DNA from: Deltaproteobacteria bacterium
GTDB lineage: Bacteria > Myxococcota_A > Bradymonadia > REDH01
Direction of reading: 5' to 3'
NCBI GenBank assembly: GCA_007693585.1
Contig: REDH01000031.1
Span: 2,711 to 66,710 of the forward strand
DNA length: 64,000 nt
This document shows, one piece after another, positions 52,158 through 62,456 of the stretch. Numbering within the stretch: the first letter of the stretch is position 1; every line of letters begins with the position of its first letter. Below the pieces are notes generated by a model. That model had not been told where the DNA came from and ran no database searches. It saw only the letters and a list, made by a program, of their open reading frames with translations. The position numbers were made by a program, and so were the translations under genes.

Positions 52158-53954
52158 TCAATCGAAGAACGACGGCGGGCTCGGCGGCGCGACCTCGTCC
52201 AGGTCTGGAGCGTCCGGTACGTGATCCGAACCCGGCTCCGGTGCTGTGTCCTCGCCCGTGTTCATCTGCTCGGCTGCACGCACCGAGGCCTCCGAGGTGG
52301 CCTCGAGGACCCAGGGCTCGGGACAGCGCTGCGCCGGCGGACGCCCACCCACCACGGCAAAGTAGCGGCCTGCTGGGACATCCGCCTGGAGATCGAGCCG
52401 CAGACCGACCGCGCGGGGACGGGCGGCGGCCACCAGGGCGCCAACCTCGTCGCGCAGCTCGAGTTCCACCGGCACGGGCCCCCCGGGGCTCAGTCCCAGC
52501 CCGATGGACACCCAGCCCTCGTCCGGAGCCGTCACCTCGAGGGGTGCCCAGGTGGAGCCGCCGGCCATCCGGAAACGGCCCACGAGCAGCCCGTGCCGCC
52601 CGCCATCCGCGCCGAGTAGCACCGCCGACGCGCTGACCGGACCGGCGTCTGCCTCGTCCGGGTCCTGACCGGACGCGTCCGAACCCTCGTCCGCGGCCGC
52701 GAGGGCGAGAGCCTCCAGCGCTCGCTGCACGGAGACCTGATCCGTCGCCGACTCGATCGCCTGCGGTCGGTCGTCCACGAGCCGCTCGAACAGGATCCGG
52801 TAGGCTGCGGGGATGTCCTCGAGTTCCGTGCCGCGCACACGAAACGCCAGCTCCTCTCCCGGCTGGAGCGGCTGACCGCAGCGCACCACTGCCCCCTCGT
52901 CCCGGACGACTCCCGGCCACGAATCCTCGATAGCGCTGTCGTCGAACTCCACATCGAGGGTCATGGATGTCCGCGCCTCGACGCGGACGCGCCAGAACCC
53001 CGACTGCTCGGGGGCGAGGCGAAACGCGTCCACATCCTCCGCGGCGTGGAGGATGCCCGCCACCGGGCGCGCGCCCGTCAACACATGGGCACGCTCCCAC
53101 GAGTCGTTGGGCTCCCGCTCCAGCCAGGCTGCACCGGCATCGGGCGGGGCGAGCAGTTCGACGCGGACCACCGACGGCACGCCCGCTCCCTCCACCCGGA
53201 TGGAGAGCGGGCCGGGGGCATCGGCCCGGCTCAGGTTGGGCAGGAGCCAGCCGTCGTGGGCGACGAAGGTGGATCGGAAGTGGAGCACGCCGTCGACATC
53301 CTCCATGTGCAGGGTGAGCGGGGCCGGGCTCTCGGTCACCACGCGCAGGCCGAAGACGCCCTCCTCGGCGATCAGCGACCAGGGGACCGTCAGGTCGAGC
53401 GGGCTTCCCGGACCGGCGCATCCGTCGGCGCGTGCGCCATGGCGGAGAAACTCCGCGGGGGAGGCGGCGACGAGCTGGCCGCATGTCTCGGCGTCCGACG
53501 GGGCGCGTTCGATCTCGACCTCGCTCCCCTCCACCAGGAGTTCAACGACGCGGGGAACGCCGGCGGGCAGCGACCGGAGGGTGTACGTTCCCGGGAAGGA
53601 GAGCTCGAACCGCTGCGCGATGCCGTCCCGCTCGCTGATCAGGCTGACCCGGGCGCTCCCCTCCTCGTCGCTGCGAAGGGTGACCACACTCGCGGTCGCC
53701 CCGGCTGGCAGGTCCAGGGCCCACGCCTCGTTGGTGGCGGCGAGACGCAGGGACGCGGACAGCGCGAGGGCGGGACGCGGTTCGCCCTCGGCGGGAGGCG
53801 CCTCGAGGAGCGGGGCCTGCTGCGCGGTCTCTCGTGCGGAGTCCCCGAAGGCGGGCAGGGAGGGCTCCGGCGGGTCCTGTGCGAGGAAGCGGGGAACCGC
53901 GTCGCAGGACGCCAGCAGCGCCGCCAGCACGACAGGGAGGGCGACTCGGCCCAT
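52158..53954 (-). CDS. Hypothetical lipoprotein with pre-peptidase C-terminal (PPC)-like EPND motif
   Basis: Lipobox LLASC. LEREPNDSWERAHVL. Beta-rich repeated segments. Confidence 0.45.
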   Translation of the reverse strand: MGRVALPVVLAALLASCDAVPRFLAQDPPEPSLPAFGDSARETAQQAPLLEAPPAEGEPRPALALSASLRLAATNEAWALDLPAGATASVVTLRSDEEGSARVSLISERDGIAQRFELSFPGTYTLRSLPAGVPRVVELLVEGSEVEIERAPSDAETCGQLVAASPAEFLRHGARADGCAGPGSPLDLTVPWSLIAEEGVFGLRVVTESPAPLTLHMEDVDGVLHFRSTFVAHDGWLLPNLSRADAPGPLSIRVEGAGVPSVVRVELLAPPDAGAAWLEREPNDSWERAHVLTGARPVAGILHAAEDVDAFRLAPEQSGFWRVRVEARTSMTLDVEFDDSAIEDSWPGVVRDEGAVVRCGQPLQPGEELAFRVRGTELEDIPAAYRILFERLVDDRPQAIESATDQVSVQRALEALALAAADEGSDASGQDPDEADAGPVSASAVLLGADGGRHGLLVGRFRMAGGSTWAPLEVTAPDEGWVSIGLGLSPGGPVPVELELRDEVGALVAAARPRAVGLRLDLQADVPAGRYFAVVGGRPPAQRCPEPWVLEATSEASVRAAEQMNTGEDTAPEPGSDHVPDAPDLDEVAPPSPPSFFD

Positions 53955-53989
53955 GCGGCAAGGCTCGGTCACGCGGGGGTGGGTCGGCT

Positions 53990-54535
53990 TCAGGGGTGAC
54001 GGGAGTTGTAGCGCCGGACGAGCTCGTCGGTGAACTCCAGTCCGTCCACGGCGTAGAGCACCGATGCCTCGTTCTTCTCGATGACCATCGTGTAGTTCCT
54101 CTCCTCCGCGATCTCGCGGACGATCGTGACCATGCGCTCGAAGATCTCGTGGGTGGCACGCCCTTCGGCCTCTGCGAGCTCACGCTGGTGATTGCCGAAG
54201 GCTTGCTGCAGGGCCATGGCCCGCTGCTGGTACTCCTGGATCTGCTCCATCCGCGCCTGCTCGTTCAGCATCTCGATACGCGCCTCGAGTTCCTCCGCGA
54301 AGGACTGCAGCGCGCGCTGCTCGCGTTCGAGTTCGTTCTGGCGACGCTCGACCTCTCGTTCGAGGCGCTGGCGCGCCCGCTGTCCCTCGGCGACCTCGTT
54401 GAGCGCCCGCTGCAGGTCCACGTAGGCGAGGCGTTGCGGTGCCGGGGCGCTGTCCGAAGCCGACGCCGCCACGGGAATGGTGCCGAGGCCGAGAAGGCAG
54501 ATCAGCAGGATGGGGACAATGCGAAGGATGAGCAT
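53990..54535 (-). CDS. skp: Periplasmic chaperone Skp (OmpH)
   Basis: Signal peptide followed by a long coiled-coil (QRLEREVERRQNELEREQRAL). Located immediately downstream of bamA. Confidence 0.75.
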   Translation of the reverse strand: MLILRIVPILLICLLGLGTIPVAASASDSAPAPQRLAYVDLQRALNEVAEGQRARQRLEREVERRQNELEREQRALQSFAEELEARIEMLNEQARMEQIQEYQQRAMALQQAFGNHQRELAEAEGRATHEIFERMVTIVREIAEERNYTMVIEKNEASVLYAVDGLEFTDELVRRYNSRHP

Positions 54536-54575
54536 GGTTGGGCTCCTGGGAGACACGAAGGGGTGGGCGGCGGTC

Positions 54576-57038
54576 TCAGAACGGGTTCGCGATCGAGAAC
54601 TCGAAGACCATGGGCCGCTCGGATTCGAGACGACTCAGCGGGAAGCCCCATTCAAAGCGAAGCGGGCCGAGCGGAGAACGCCATCGGATACCGAAACCGG
54701 CGCCGGTGCGCAGGAGATTCCCGTAGCTGACATCGGCGTCCTCCATCAAGTCCAGCCGCAGCGTGATCGGTTCGTTGTTGTCGAACGCGTTGCCCGCGTC
54801 GGCGAAGACGACGCCGCGGATCCCGATCGCCTCGAGGATGGGGAACTCGAGCTCGAGATTGAAGATGAGCTGCTGGTTGCCTCCCACCGGATAGTCGAAG
54901 GTCGTCGCCTCCGGGGAGAAGCTCAGACCCACGGGTCGTGTGGGCGAGAGCGAGAGCCGCTCGAACCCTCGGACGCTGTTCGGTCCGCCGACGTAGAAGC
55001 GCTCGAAGATCGGTACCGGCTTGTCGCGGTTGGTCGAGCCGACGTACCCGTACTCGGCGTTGAGCTTGAACACCCAGTTGTCCCAGATCGGGGACCAGAA
55101 CCACCTGCTGCGCAGTCGGGTGCGGAAGAACTCGTTGTCGCTTGCGAGGATGGAGTCGGCGAACTCGAACGTGACCTCCTGGAAGTGCCCGGATGTCGGG
55201 AAGAGCCGGTTGTCGCGGCGATCCCAGCTCAGTCCCGTCTCGATGGCGCTCGTGAGCCCGTCCTCCTCCAGCGCCGCGAAGCGGATGCTCGAACGCCCGC
55301 GCCGCCCTCCGGCGCGCACATCGACGTTTTCGAGGTTGTAGCCGACAGTCGCGACGAGATCCCGGTTCCGGTTGAGGGGGTATCCGACCCGCGTCCGAAA
55401 GCCACGGCTGCGCCGGTCGAAGTTGTCGTACAGCTCCTGCGTGTCGAAGAGCGAGAGCGTGAGCTGCCAGCGCGTGTCGAACAGCCAGGGCTCGAAGAAC
55501 TGCAGGATGAACAGCGACCGGATCGAGCTGACGCTGGCGTTCAGCGACAGGCTCTGTCCGCGGCCGAAGAAGTTGTTCTGCGCGATCTGGGCCGTGGCCA
55601 CGAAGCTCTCGTAGGACGAGAAGCCGGCGCCGATCTGGAACTGGCCCGTCTGCCGTTCCTCCACCTCGATCACGAGGTCCAGCACACCGGCGTCCCGACG
55701 GGCGACCTCCCGGATGGTGACGTTCTCGAAGAATCCGAGCCGAAAGATGTTCCGCTCCGAGCGACGGATGTCCGACACCCGGTACTGGTCTCCCTCCATG
55801 ATCATCATCTCGCGGCGGATGACACGATCCCGGGTGAGCTGGTTTCCCCGGACCTCGATTCGGCCGATCCGGGCGATTTCGCCGGGGTCGATGTCATATT
55901 CGATCGCCACGCGCAGGGTTGCGGGGTCCTGCCGCGGATAGAAGTTCACGTTCGCGGTGGCGTAGCCCATGTCCCGGAACAGGTCGGAGATGCGCCGGAC
56001 ATCCTCCTGAAAGGTCGTCACCTGAAACTGCTGTCCGGGCTCCATCCGGACCAGCGCCATGACCTCCTCCTGGCTCGCGAGGTGCTCGAAGTCGCCGGTC
56101 ACGCTGACGTCGGACACGGTGTAGACCTCGCCCTCCACGATCGGGATGGTGAGGAAGAGACGCGTGCGGTCGTGGCTCAGCTCCACGAGCGGGTCGCCGA
56201 TGCTCACGTCCAGGAATCCGTTCTCGTAGTAGTAGGAACGCAACGTCTGCAGGTCCGCGCGGAAGGTCTCCCGGGAGAAGGTGCCGAACGGCGTCAGGAA
56301 GTCGAGGACTCCGCCGGGCCGGTTCTGCATGAACCGGAGGAGCTCCTGGTCCGGGATGCTGTCGTTCCCCACGAAGCTTACCCGCGCGATTCGGACCCGC
56401 TGGGCCTCCTGGATGTCGAAGCGGACAGTCACCGTGGTCTGGTCCACCCGAATCAGCTGCGACTCGACCCGCGCCAGGTAGTATCCCTTCTCCCGGTAGA
56501 GGTCTTCGATTCGCCGCACCGACTGCCGGATCAGCGACTCGTCGAGGATCGCGTCCTCCCGCAGGGGGATCGCCTCCAGGATGTCGTCGTCGCTCACCCG
56601 GGAGTTCCCCTCGATCACGATGCTCCGGATGGAGGGCTTCTCCACCACCTCGAAGAGGAGCACGACTCCGGCTTCTCCGGGCCGGGCCCGGACGACCACG
56701 TCCGAGAAGAAACCGAGACTGTCGACGCCGCGGATCGCCTCGGAAATCGCGCGATCGTCGATCTCGTCCCCCGCGCGCAGTCGCGCAGCGCGACGCACGG
56801 CTTCCGGCTCCACCCGCTCCGCCCCGCGGACCTCGATCTCCTCGATGACGATCCCACTGCCCCCTTGCGCGAATGCACCCGGGGCCAGCAGCAGTACCAT
56901 CAGCAGCGCCAGCGACACGAGCCCGCGCCGTGCCCATGCCGCCGCGGTGAGGGCGTCACTGGCGGTCGCGCCCGCACCGCCTCCCCGCGCGCGCATCATC
57001 CGCGGATCCTGAACCGACCCATGCATGGAGTACCTCAC
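54576..57038 (-). CDS. bamA: Outer membrane protein assembly factor BamA
   Basis: Five POTRA-like repeats plus an Omp85 barrel. C-terminal ...FEFSIANPF. Start uncertain (GTG at 57038 or a downstream ATG). Confidence 0.9.
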   Translation of the reverse strand: MRYSMHGSVQDPRMMRARGGGAGATASDALTAAAWARRGLVSLALLMVLLLAPGAFAQGGSGIVIEEIEVRGAERVEPEAVRRAARLRAGDEIDDRAISEAIRGVDSLGFFSDVVVRARPGEAGVVLLFEVVEKPSIRSIVIEGNSRVSDDDILEAIPLREDAILDESLIRQSVRRIEDLYREKGYYLARVESQLIRVDQTTVTVRFDIQEAQRVRIARVSFVGNDSIPDQELLRFMQNRPGGVLDFLTPFGTFSRETFRADLQTLRSYYYENGFLDVSIGDPLVELSHDRTRLFLTIPIVEGEVYTVSDVSVTGDFEHLASQEEVMALVRMEPGQQFQVTTFQEDVRRISDLFRDMGYATANVNFYPRQDPATLRVAIEYDIDPGEIARIGRIEVRGNQLTRDRVIRREMMIMEGDQYRVSDIRRSERNIFRLGFFENVTIREVARRDAGVLDLVIEVEERQTGQFQIGAGFSSYESFVATAQIAQNNFFGRGQSLSLNASVSSIRSLFILQFFEPWLFDTRWQLTLSLFDTQELYDNFDRRSRGFRTRVGYPLNRNRDLVATVGYNLENVDVRAGGRRGRSSIRFAALEEDGLTSAIETGLSWDRRDNRLFPTSGHFQEVTFEFADSILASDNEFFRTRLRSRWFWSPIWDNWVFKLNAEYGYVGSTNRDKPVPIFERFYVGGPNSVRGFERLSLSPTRPVGLSFSPEATTFDYPVGGNQQLIFNLELEFPILEAIGIRGVVFADAGNAFDNNEPITLRLDLMEDADVSYGNLLRTGAGFGIRWRSPLGPLRFEWGFPLSRLESERPMVFEFSIANPF

Positions 57039-57781
57039 GCGCCGACCTCCCCGGCACCGAGCCGCTCCACCACCTCTTCCTCGTCCTCCACCGGGAGCAG
57101 GTGCCCGTCCCGCATCATGTACTGGCGCTGCATGGACCGGGCGAGCACGAGGTTGTGGGTCACCACGACAATGGTCACCCCGGTTTCGGCGTTCACTTCC
57201 AGGAAGAGGTCGAAGATGGCCCGGCCGGTGGCATCGTCGAGATTGCCCGTCGGCTCGTCCGCCAGAATCAGCTTCGGCTGCATCACCAGCGCCCGCGCGA
57301 GCGCCACGCGCTGCTGCTCCCCGCCGCTGAGTTCCCCGGGCCGGTGCCGCAAGCGATCGCCGAGCCCGACACGCTCGAGGTAGTGCGACGCGCGCTCGTT
57401 GGCTTCGGCACGCGGTATTCGCGCGATGATCGCCGGCATCGCCGCATTCTCCAGCGTCGTGAACTCGGGAAGCAGATGATGAAACTGGAACACGAAGCCG
57501 ATGGTCCGGTTGCGGAAGGCCGAGAGTTCCCGGTCGGACAGGGCGAACACGTCGCGTCCCTCGAACTCCACCCGCCCCGACGTTGGCCGATCCAGCGTCC
57601 CGATCACCTGGAGAAGGGTGCTCTTGCCTGCCCCGGATCTCCCCATCACGCCGATCAGATCCCCGCGCTCCATCGTGAAGTCCACCCCGCGGAGCACATC
57701 GATGGACTCGCCTTCCATCTCGAAACGTCTCGTCAGATCATGGACCTGCACGAGGGGTTGGTTGGGGTTCGATTCACGCAA
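57035..57781 (-). CDS. lolD: Lipoprotein-releasing system ATP-binding protein LolD-like ABC ATPase
   Basis: Walker A GRSGAGKST, signature LSGGEQQRVALARAL, Walker B ILADEPTGNLD. Apparent TTG/GTG start. Confidence 0.8.
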   Translation of the reverse strand: MRESNPNQPLVQVHDLTRRFEMEGESIDVLRGVDFTMERGDLIGVMGRSGAGKSTLLQVIGTLDRPTSGRVEFEGRDVFALSDRELSAFRNRTIGFVFQFHHLLPEFTTLENAAMPAIIARIPRAEANERASHYLERVGLGDRLRHRPGELSGGEQQRVALARALVMQPKLILADEPTGNLDDATGRAIFDLFLEVNAETGVTIVVVTHNLVLARSMQRQYMMRDGHLLPVEDEEEVVERLGAGEVGA

Positions 57782-57790
57782 GTGTTGTCC

Positions 57791-59449
57791 TCAGTCGTAC
57801 CGCAGACCCGCGACCGGGTCGAGCCGCGCAGCTTGCACGGAGGGATAAAGCGTTGCAAGGACACTGATGGTCACCGAAGCCAGCCCCACCGTGACCGCCT
57901 CCGACGTGCGCAGGGCCACAGGCAACCGGTCGATGTAGAAGACCTCGGGGTCCAGCGGAAACCCGAAGACCTGGAGCGACGCCACGACCCCGAGCCCGAG
58001 CGCCATGCCGGCCAGAGTTCCCGCCACCCCAATCACCCCGCCCTCCACCAGGAAGATCCGAAGCACCCCGGCACGCGACGCCCCCATCGAACGAAGGACA
58101 GCGATCTCGCGCGACTTCTCGATCACGATCACGATCAGCATGCAGACGATCGCGAAACTCGCGACCAGAATGATGATGCTCAGGATCAGGAACATCACCA
58201 CCTTCTCCAGCGCGAGCGCCGCGAAGAGGGTCTCGTTGAGCTCCTGCCAGTCGCGAATCTGCACCTCCTCGACCCCGGCCTCCTGCAGCGCCGACCGCGC
58301 CGCGCGAGCGACCTGCGGAGCCGCCGACAGGTGAGCGGCGCGCACCTCGATGCCACTGGCTTCACCCTCCGGGAGGTTGAGGAACCGTGTCGCCTCCTCG
58401 AAGAGCACGAACGCCATCCGGTTGTCGAACTCGTACAGCCCCGAATGAAAGATGCCGACCACGCGGAACGGGCGGCTCCGCGGCACGGGCCCCGACGGCC
58501 CCATGTCCCCGTCCGGAGACACGACGTTGACCAGGTCCCCCACATCGACGCGCAGGGCCTCCCGAAGCTGACTGCCGATGATGATTCCCGGCGCCTCCCG
58601 CCGCGCTCCGGGACGTCCCGGCGCCTCGCCGGCTGGGCCATCGGCGCCGTCCCGTTCCATCGCGCGGGGAAGCGCAGGCATGCCGTGGTCCTCCGCAGCC
58701 CCCGGAAGCGCAGGCATGCCGTGGTCTTCCGGGTGCACCTCAGCGGGCTCGTCGAGGTCGAGCGGGAAGGCCGAAGTCGGGGATTCCCCCTGTTGCTCCC
58801 CCCTGTCCCCCTCCCGGGCGTCGATCGCGCGCAGCCGGTCCAGCAGGCGATCCCCGTCCCGGTCGCGCTCGCCGAATTCGTCGTCCAGCATTCGTCGGGT
58901 GATCTCGATCTCCGCCTCCAGCTCGGCGGTCTCGTCGAGCAGTCGTCGGATCCGGTCCTGCAGTTCGCCGTGGTCCATCGATTCGCCAGGCTCCCGGTCC
59001 CTCAGCTCCCGCGCTGCCGCGGGGGTAGCCAACCAGTCGAGCTGGCCCCGGATCAGGTTCTCCTCGAGGTCCGAGGTGGACCGCACCCGCCCGAGGTCGA
59101 TGCCCCGCAGAATCATGCCACTGTAGTTGGTCGGGGAGGAGACCAGCAGCTCGCTCTCGATGAAGGGGGCGGCCCCCACGACGCCGGGCACGCGATCGAG
59201 GACATCCAGCACCTCGCGGGGCGAGGGCAGCGGCTGCTCTCCGGGTGCCGTCACCCTCAGGTGGGCCTTCGTGCCGAGAATCTTCTCGCGAAGGTCGCCC
59301 TCGAAGCCACCGAGGACCGCGAGGACGACCAGCAGCGTCGCCACGCCGACGGCGACGCCCCCCATGCTGATGACGCTGATCAGCGAAGGCACGGCCGCCC
59401 TGCGGGTGCTGCGCAGGTAGCGCAGCCCGATGAGCCACTCGTATCTCAT
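57791..59449 (-). CDS. LolC/LolE-family (FtsX/MacB-type) ABC permease with enlarged periplasmic domain
   Basis: N-terminal TM. A large periplasmic insert with a D/E/R-rich coiled segment. C-terminal FtsX 3-TM bundle. Confidence 0.75.
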   Translation of the reverse strand: MRYEWLIGLRYLRSTRRAAVPSLISVISMGGVAVGVATLLVVLAVLGGFEGDLREKILGTKAHLRVTAPGEQPLPSPREVLDVLDRVPGVVGAAPFIESELLVSSPTNYSGMILRGIDLGRVRSTSDLEENLIRGQLDWLATPAAARELRDREPGESMDHGELQDRIRRLLDETAELEAEIEITRRMLDDEFGERDRDGDRLLDRLRAIDAREGDRGEQQGESPTSAFPLDLDEPAEVHPEDHGMPALPGAAEDHGMPALPRAMERDGADGPAGEAPGRPGARREAPGIIIGSQLREALRVDVGDLVNVVSPDGDMGPSGPVPRSRPFRVVGIFHSGLYEFDNRMAFVLFEEATRFLNLPEGEASGIEVRAAHLSAAPQVARAARSALQEAGVEEVQIRDWQELNETLFAALALEKVVMFLILSIIILVASFAIVCMLIVIVIEKSREIAVLRSMGASRAGVLRIFLVEGGVIGVAGTLAGMALGLGVVASLQVFGFPLDPEVFYIDRLPVALRTSEAVTVGLASVTISVLATLYPSVQAARLDPVAGLRYD

Positions 59450-59471
59450 CGTCCCCCTGGCGACAGCAACC

Positions 59472-61064
59472 TCATGAGCCGGCCTGCTCCGGCCTCATGT
59501 GCGGGAACAGCAGCACCTCGCGGATGGACTCGGTTCCGGTGAGCAGCATCGTGAGCCGATCGATTCCGATGCCCTCGCCGGCGGCCGGCGGCATGCCCAC
59601 CTCGAGGGCCCGGATGTAGTCCTCGTCCATCGGCATGGCCTCGTCGTCGCCGGCTTCCCGCATCGCGAGCTGTTCCCGGAAGCGGAGATGCTGGTCCTCC
59701 GGGTCGTTGAGCTCGTTGAAGGCGTTCGCGATCTCCCATCCGAGGACGTAGAGTTCGAAGCGGTCGACCACCTCGGGGTTCTCGTCGTTCCTCCTTGCGA
59801 GCGGCGACACGCTCGCTGGAAACTGCGTCACGAAGGTCGGCTGCAGGAGCCGGTGGTCCACATGGTGCTCGAACACCTCCATCAGGAGCTTGCCTGAGTC
59901 CAGCGCTTCGATGCCCTCCAGCCCGATGCGCTCGGCCTCCGCCTCCAGCCACGCGCGCTCCGTGACCTCCTCCGGTGTGAGGGTGAAGTGCTCGGCCACC
60001 GACTCGGCGACCGTCACCCGGCGCCACGGGCGCGTGAGGTCGATGGTCTGTCCGCCATGCTCGACGACGACCCGCCCGTCCGGGCGACGGCCGTGCAGTT
60101 CCACGGCGATCGACTCCACCAGCTCCTCCGTCAGGTCCATCAGGTCCTCCACGGTGGCGTAGGCCTGATAGAACTCGACCATCGTGAACTCGGGATTGTG
60201 CTGCCGGCTCAGCCCCTCGTTGCGAAAGTTGCGGTTCAGCTCGAAGACACGCTCGAAGCCGCCCACGAGGAGCCGCTTCAGATAGAGCTCCGGCGCGATG
60301 CGCAGGAACAGCTCCATGTCGAGCGCGTTGTGATGCGTCCGGAATGGCTTGGCTGCGGCCCCCCCGGGAGTGGGGTGCATCATCGGCGTCTCGACCTCGA
60401 GAAAACCCCGCGCGTCGAGGAACTCGCGCACGCGCTTGACGATCCGCGCGCGAGCCCGGAAGACCCGGCGGCTGTCCGCGTTCATGATCAGGTCGACATA
60501 CCGCTGCCGGAATCGCTGCTCGACGTCCGTCAGTCCCCGGAACTTCTCCGGAAGGGGTCGGATGCTCTTCGTCAGGAGAGTCACCTGCGAGGCCTTCACC
60601 GAGAGTTCCCCGCGGCGCGTGCGCATCAGGGTGCCCTCGACGCCGACGATGTCCCCCAGATCGAGCCCCCGGCAGAAGGTGAAGGCCTCCTCGCCCAGCC
60701 CGTCCAGCGACAGGAACACCTGCTGGAAGTCGTCTCCCTCCTCTTCGTCGCCACCGGGCGCCACGCTCCCGCTGCTCCCGTCCTGGAGCTTGAGAAACGA
60801 TGCCTTGCCCATGCGGCGATGAAAGCGGATCCGACCGGCCACACGGACCTCGACCGCCTCGGTCTCCAGTTCCTCGGCGGTGCGCTCTCCCCAGCCCGCC
60901 TGGATGTCGGCCGCGCTGTGGGTGACCTCGAACCCGTGAGCCCAGGGGTTCACCCCGGTCCGGCGCAGCGCTTCGGCCTTGCGGAGCCGCTCCACGAAAA
61001 GGTGGTTGTCCTCGAGCCGATCGCGGTACGCCGCCGCATGCCCCTTGCTGTCTTCCGTCGTCAT
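59472..61064 (-). CDS. lysS: Lysine--tRNA ligase (class II)
   Basis: N-terminal OB fold. Class II motifs 1-3 (e.g. FRNEG, GGxGIGIDRL). It lies downstream of prfB, as in many bacteria. Confidence 0.9.
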   Translation of the reverse strand: MTTEDSKGHAAAYRDRLEDNHLFVERLRKAEALRRTGVNPWAHGFEVTHSAADIQAGWGERTAEELETEAVEVRVAGRIRFHRRMGKASFLKLQDGSSGSVAPGGDEEEGDDFQQVFLSLDGLGEEAFTFCRGLDLGDIVGVEGTLMRTRRGELSVKASQVTLLTKSIRPLPEKFRGLTDVEQRFRQRYVDLIMNADSRRVFRARARIVKRVREFLDARGFLEVETPMMHPTPGGAAAKPFRTHHNALDMELFLRIAPELYLKRLLVGGFERVFELNRNFRNEGLSRQHNPEFTMVEFYQAYATVEDLMDLTEELVESIAVELHGRRPDGRVVVEHGGQTIDLTRPWRRVTVAESVAEHFTLTPEEVTERAWLEAEAERIGLEGIEALDSGKLLMEVFEHHVDHRLLQPTFVTQFPASVSPLARRNDENPEVVDRFELYVLGWEIANAFNELNDPEDQHLRFREQLAMREAGDDEAMPMDEDYIRALEVGMPPAAGEGIGIDRLTMLLTGTESIREVLLFPHMRPEQAGS

Positions 61065-61088
61065 CGCCTCTCCTCGTTCACCCGCGAC

Positions 61089-62208
61089 TCATCCCTGGGC
61101 CGCCGGCGACTGACTGTCCGCGTACTGCAGAAGGTACGCCTCGATGAAGGGCATCAGCGCGCCGTCCAGAATCGCATCGGGATTCCCGCTCTCGTGCGCG
61201 GTGCGAAGGTCCTTCACCATCCGGTACGGCTGCAGCACGTAGCTCCGAATCTGGGAACCCCACCCGATCTCCGACTTCGCGTCGTTCGCCGCCTGGGCCT
61301 CCGCCTCCCGCTTTCGCCGCTCCTCCTCGTACAGGCGCGCCTGCAGCACCTTCATCGCGCGCGAGCGATTCTTGATCTGCGAGCGCTCCTGCTGGCACTG
61401 CACCACGATTCCCGTCGGCAGGTGGGTAATGCGAACCGCCGAGTCCGTCCGGTTGACGTGCTGCCCCCCCGCGCCGCTCGCGCGGTAGGTGTCAACGCGA
61501 AGATCCTTGTCCTGGATGTCCACAACGATGTCGTCATCCAGCTCGGGCAGCACGTACACCGAGGCGAACGACGTGTGGCGACGGGCCTGGCTGTCGAACG
61601 GGGAGATGCGCACCAGCCGGTGAACACCGCTCTCCGCCCGCAGATACCCGAAGGCGTACTCTCCGCGGACGCTGAAGGTCGCGCCCTTGATGCCCGCCTC
61701 CTCGCCATCCTGGTAGTCGATCATCTCCGTCTTCCAACCCTGCTTCTCGCAGAACCGCAGGTACATGCGCAGCAGCATCTCCGCCCAGTCCTGCGACTCC
61801 GTACCCCCTGCTCCCGCGTTGATGGATACGATGGCATCGCTGGGGTCGTGCTTCCCGCTCAGCATGCGCTTGAATTCGAGTTCTCCGAGCGTCCCGTCCA
61901 CCCGCTCGATGGAGGCGTCCAGATCCGCAGCGACCTCGTCCTCGCCCATCTCCGCGCCAAGCTCGATGAACGCTTCCACGTCCTCGAGCTCCTGCGCCAG
62001 GGCCGCGAACGCCTTGACCAGATTCTCGCACGCTCCGCGCTCCTGATTGAGCTGCTGCGCCTTCTCGGCGTCATCCCAGAAGTCCGGGGCCGCCATCAGA
62101 TCGTTCAGCTCGAGCAACCGCTCCTTTCGTCGAACCAGGTCAAAGATGCCTCCCAAGCCCGTTGAGCCGCTCCCGGAGCGACTTGAGCTTTTCCCTGTAC
62201 ATGTCCAT
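61089..62208 (-). CDS. prfB: Peptide chain release factor 2, expressed via programmed +1 ribosomal frameshift (ORF1 62208..62143, ORF2 62141..61089)
   Basis: ORF1 is MDMYREKLKSLRERLNGLGRHL followed by TGA. ORF2 in the +1 frame continues DLVRRKERLLELN. GGQ and SPF motifs are present. Confidence 0.9.
62138..62154 (-). promoter_or_regulatory. RF2 autoregulatory frameshift site: SD-like GGGAGG, 3-nt spacer, CTT TGA C
   Basis: The minus-strand sequence reads GGGAGGCATCTTTGACC, which matches the canonical prfB frameshift cassette. Confidence 0.85.
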
Positions 62209-62456
62209 GGTGGATTCCTCGATCTCGTGATGTCGCGCACCCACAGGAGCTTCCGTCCGGGCGGTGCCGGCCCCGGACACGGTCCGGAGGCGTGCGCCCG
62301 TGTAGTGGTTGCACCGGGTACAGGTCAACCACTAACGCCGGCGCGCTCCGGCCCCCGTTGACCCCCCCGTGACCCGGTGTTACCCGCCAGCGCCGAGTTC
62401 CCTCAGCCCCCCGCGGCTCCCCCCCCATCACGACCTCACCCACCCCGCCCGCCATC

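Noticed and set aside
54470-54490. Apparent extra G in a G-run near 54479-54481, which by my manual count would frameshift skp (and a compensating change inside bamA)
   Set aside because: The ORF track shows both genes intact. My character-level counting of homopolymers is error-prone, so I trust the track. My hand-counted coordinates may carry a +/-1 uncertainty.
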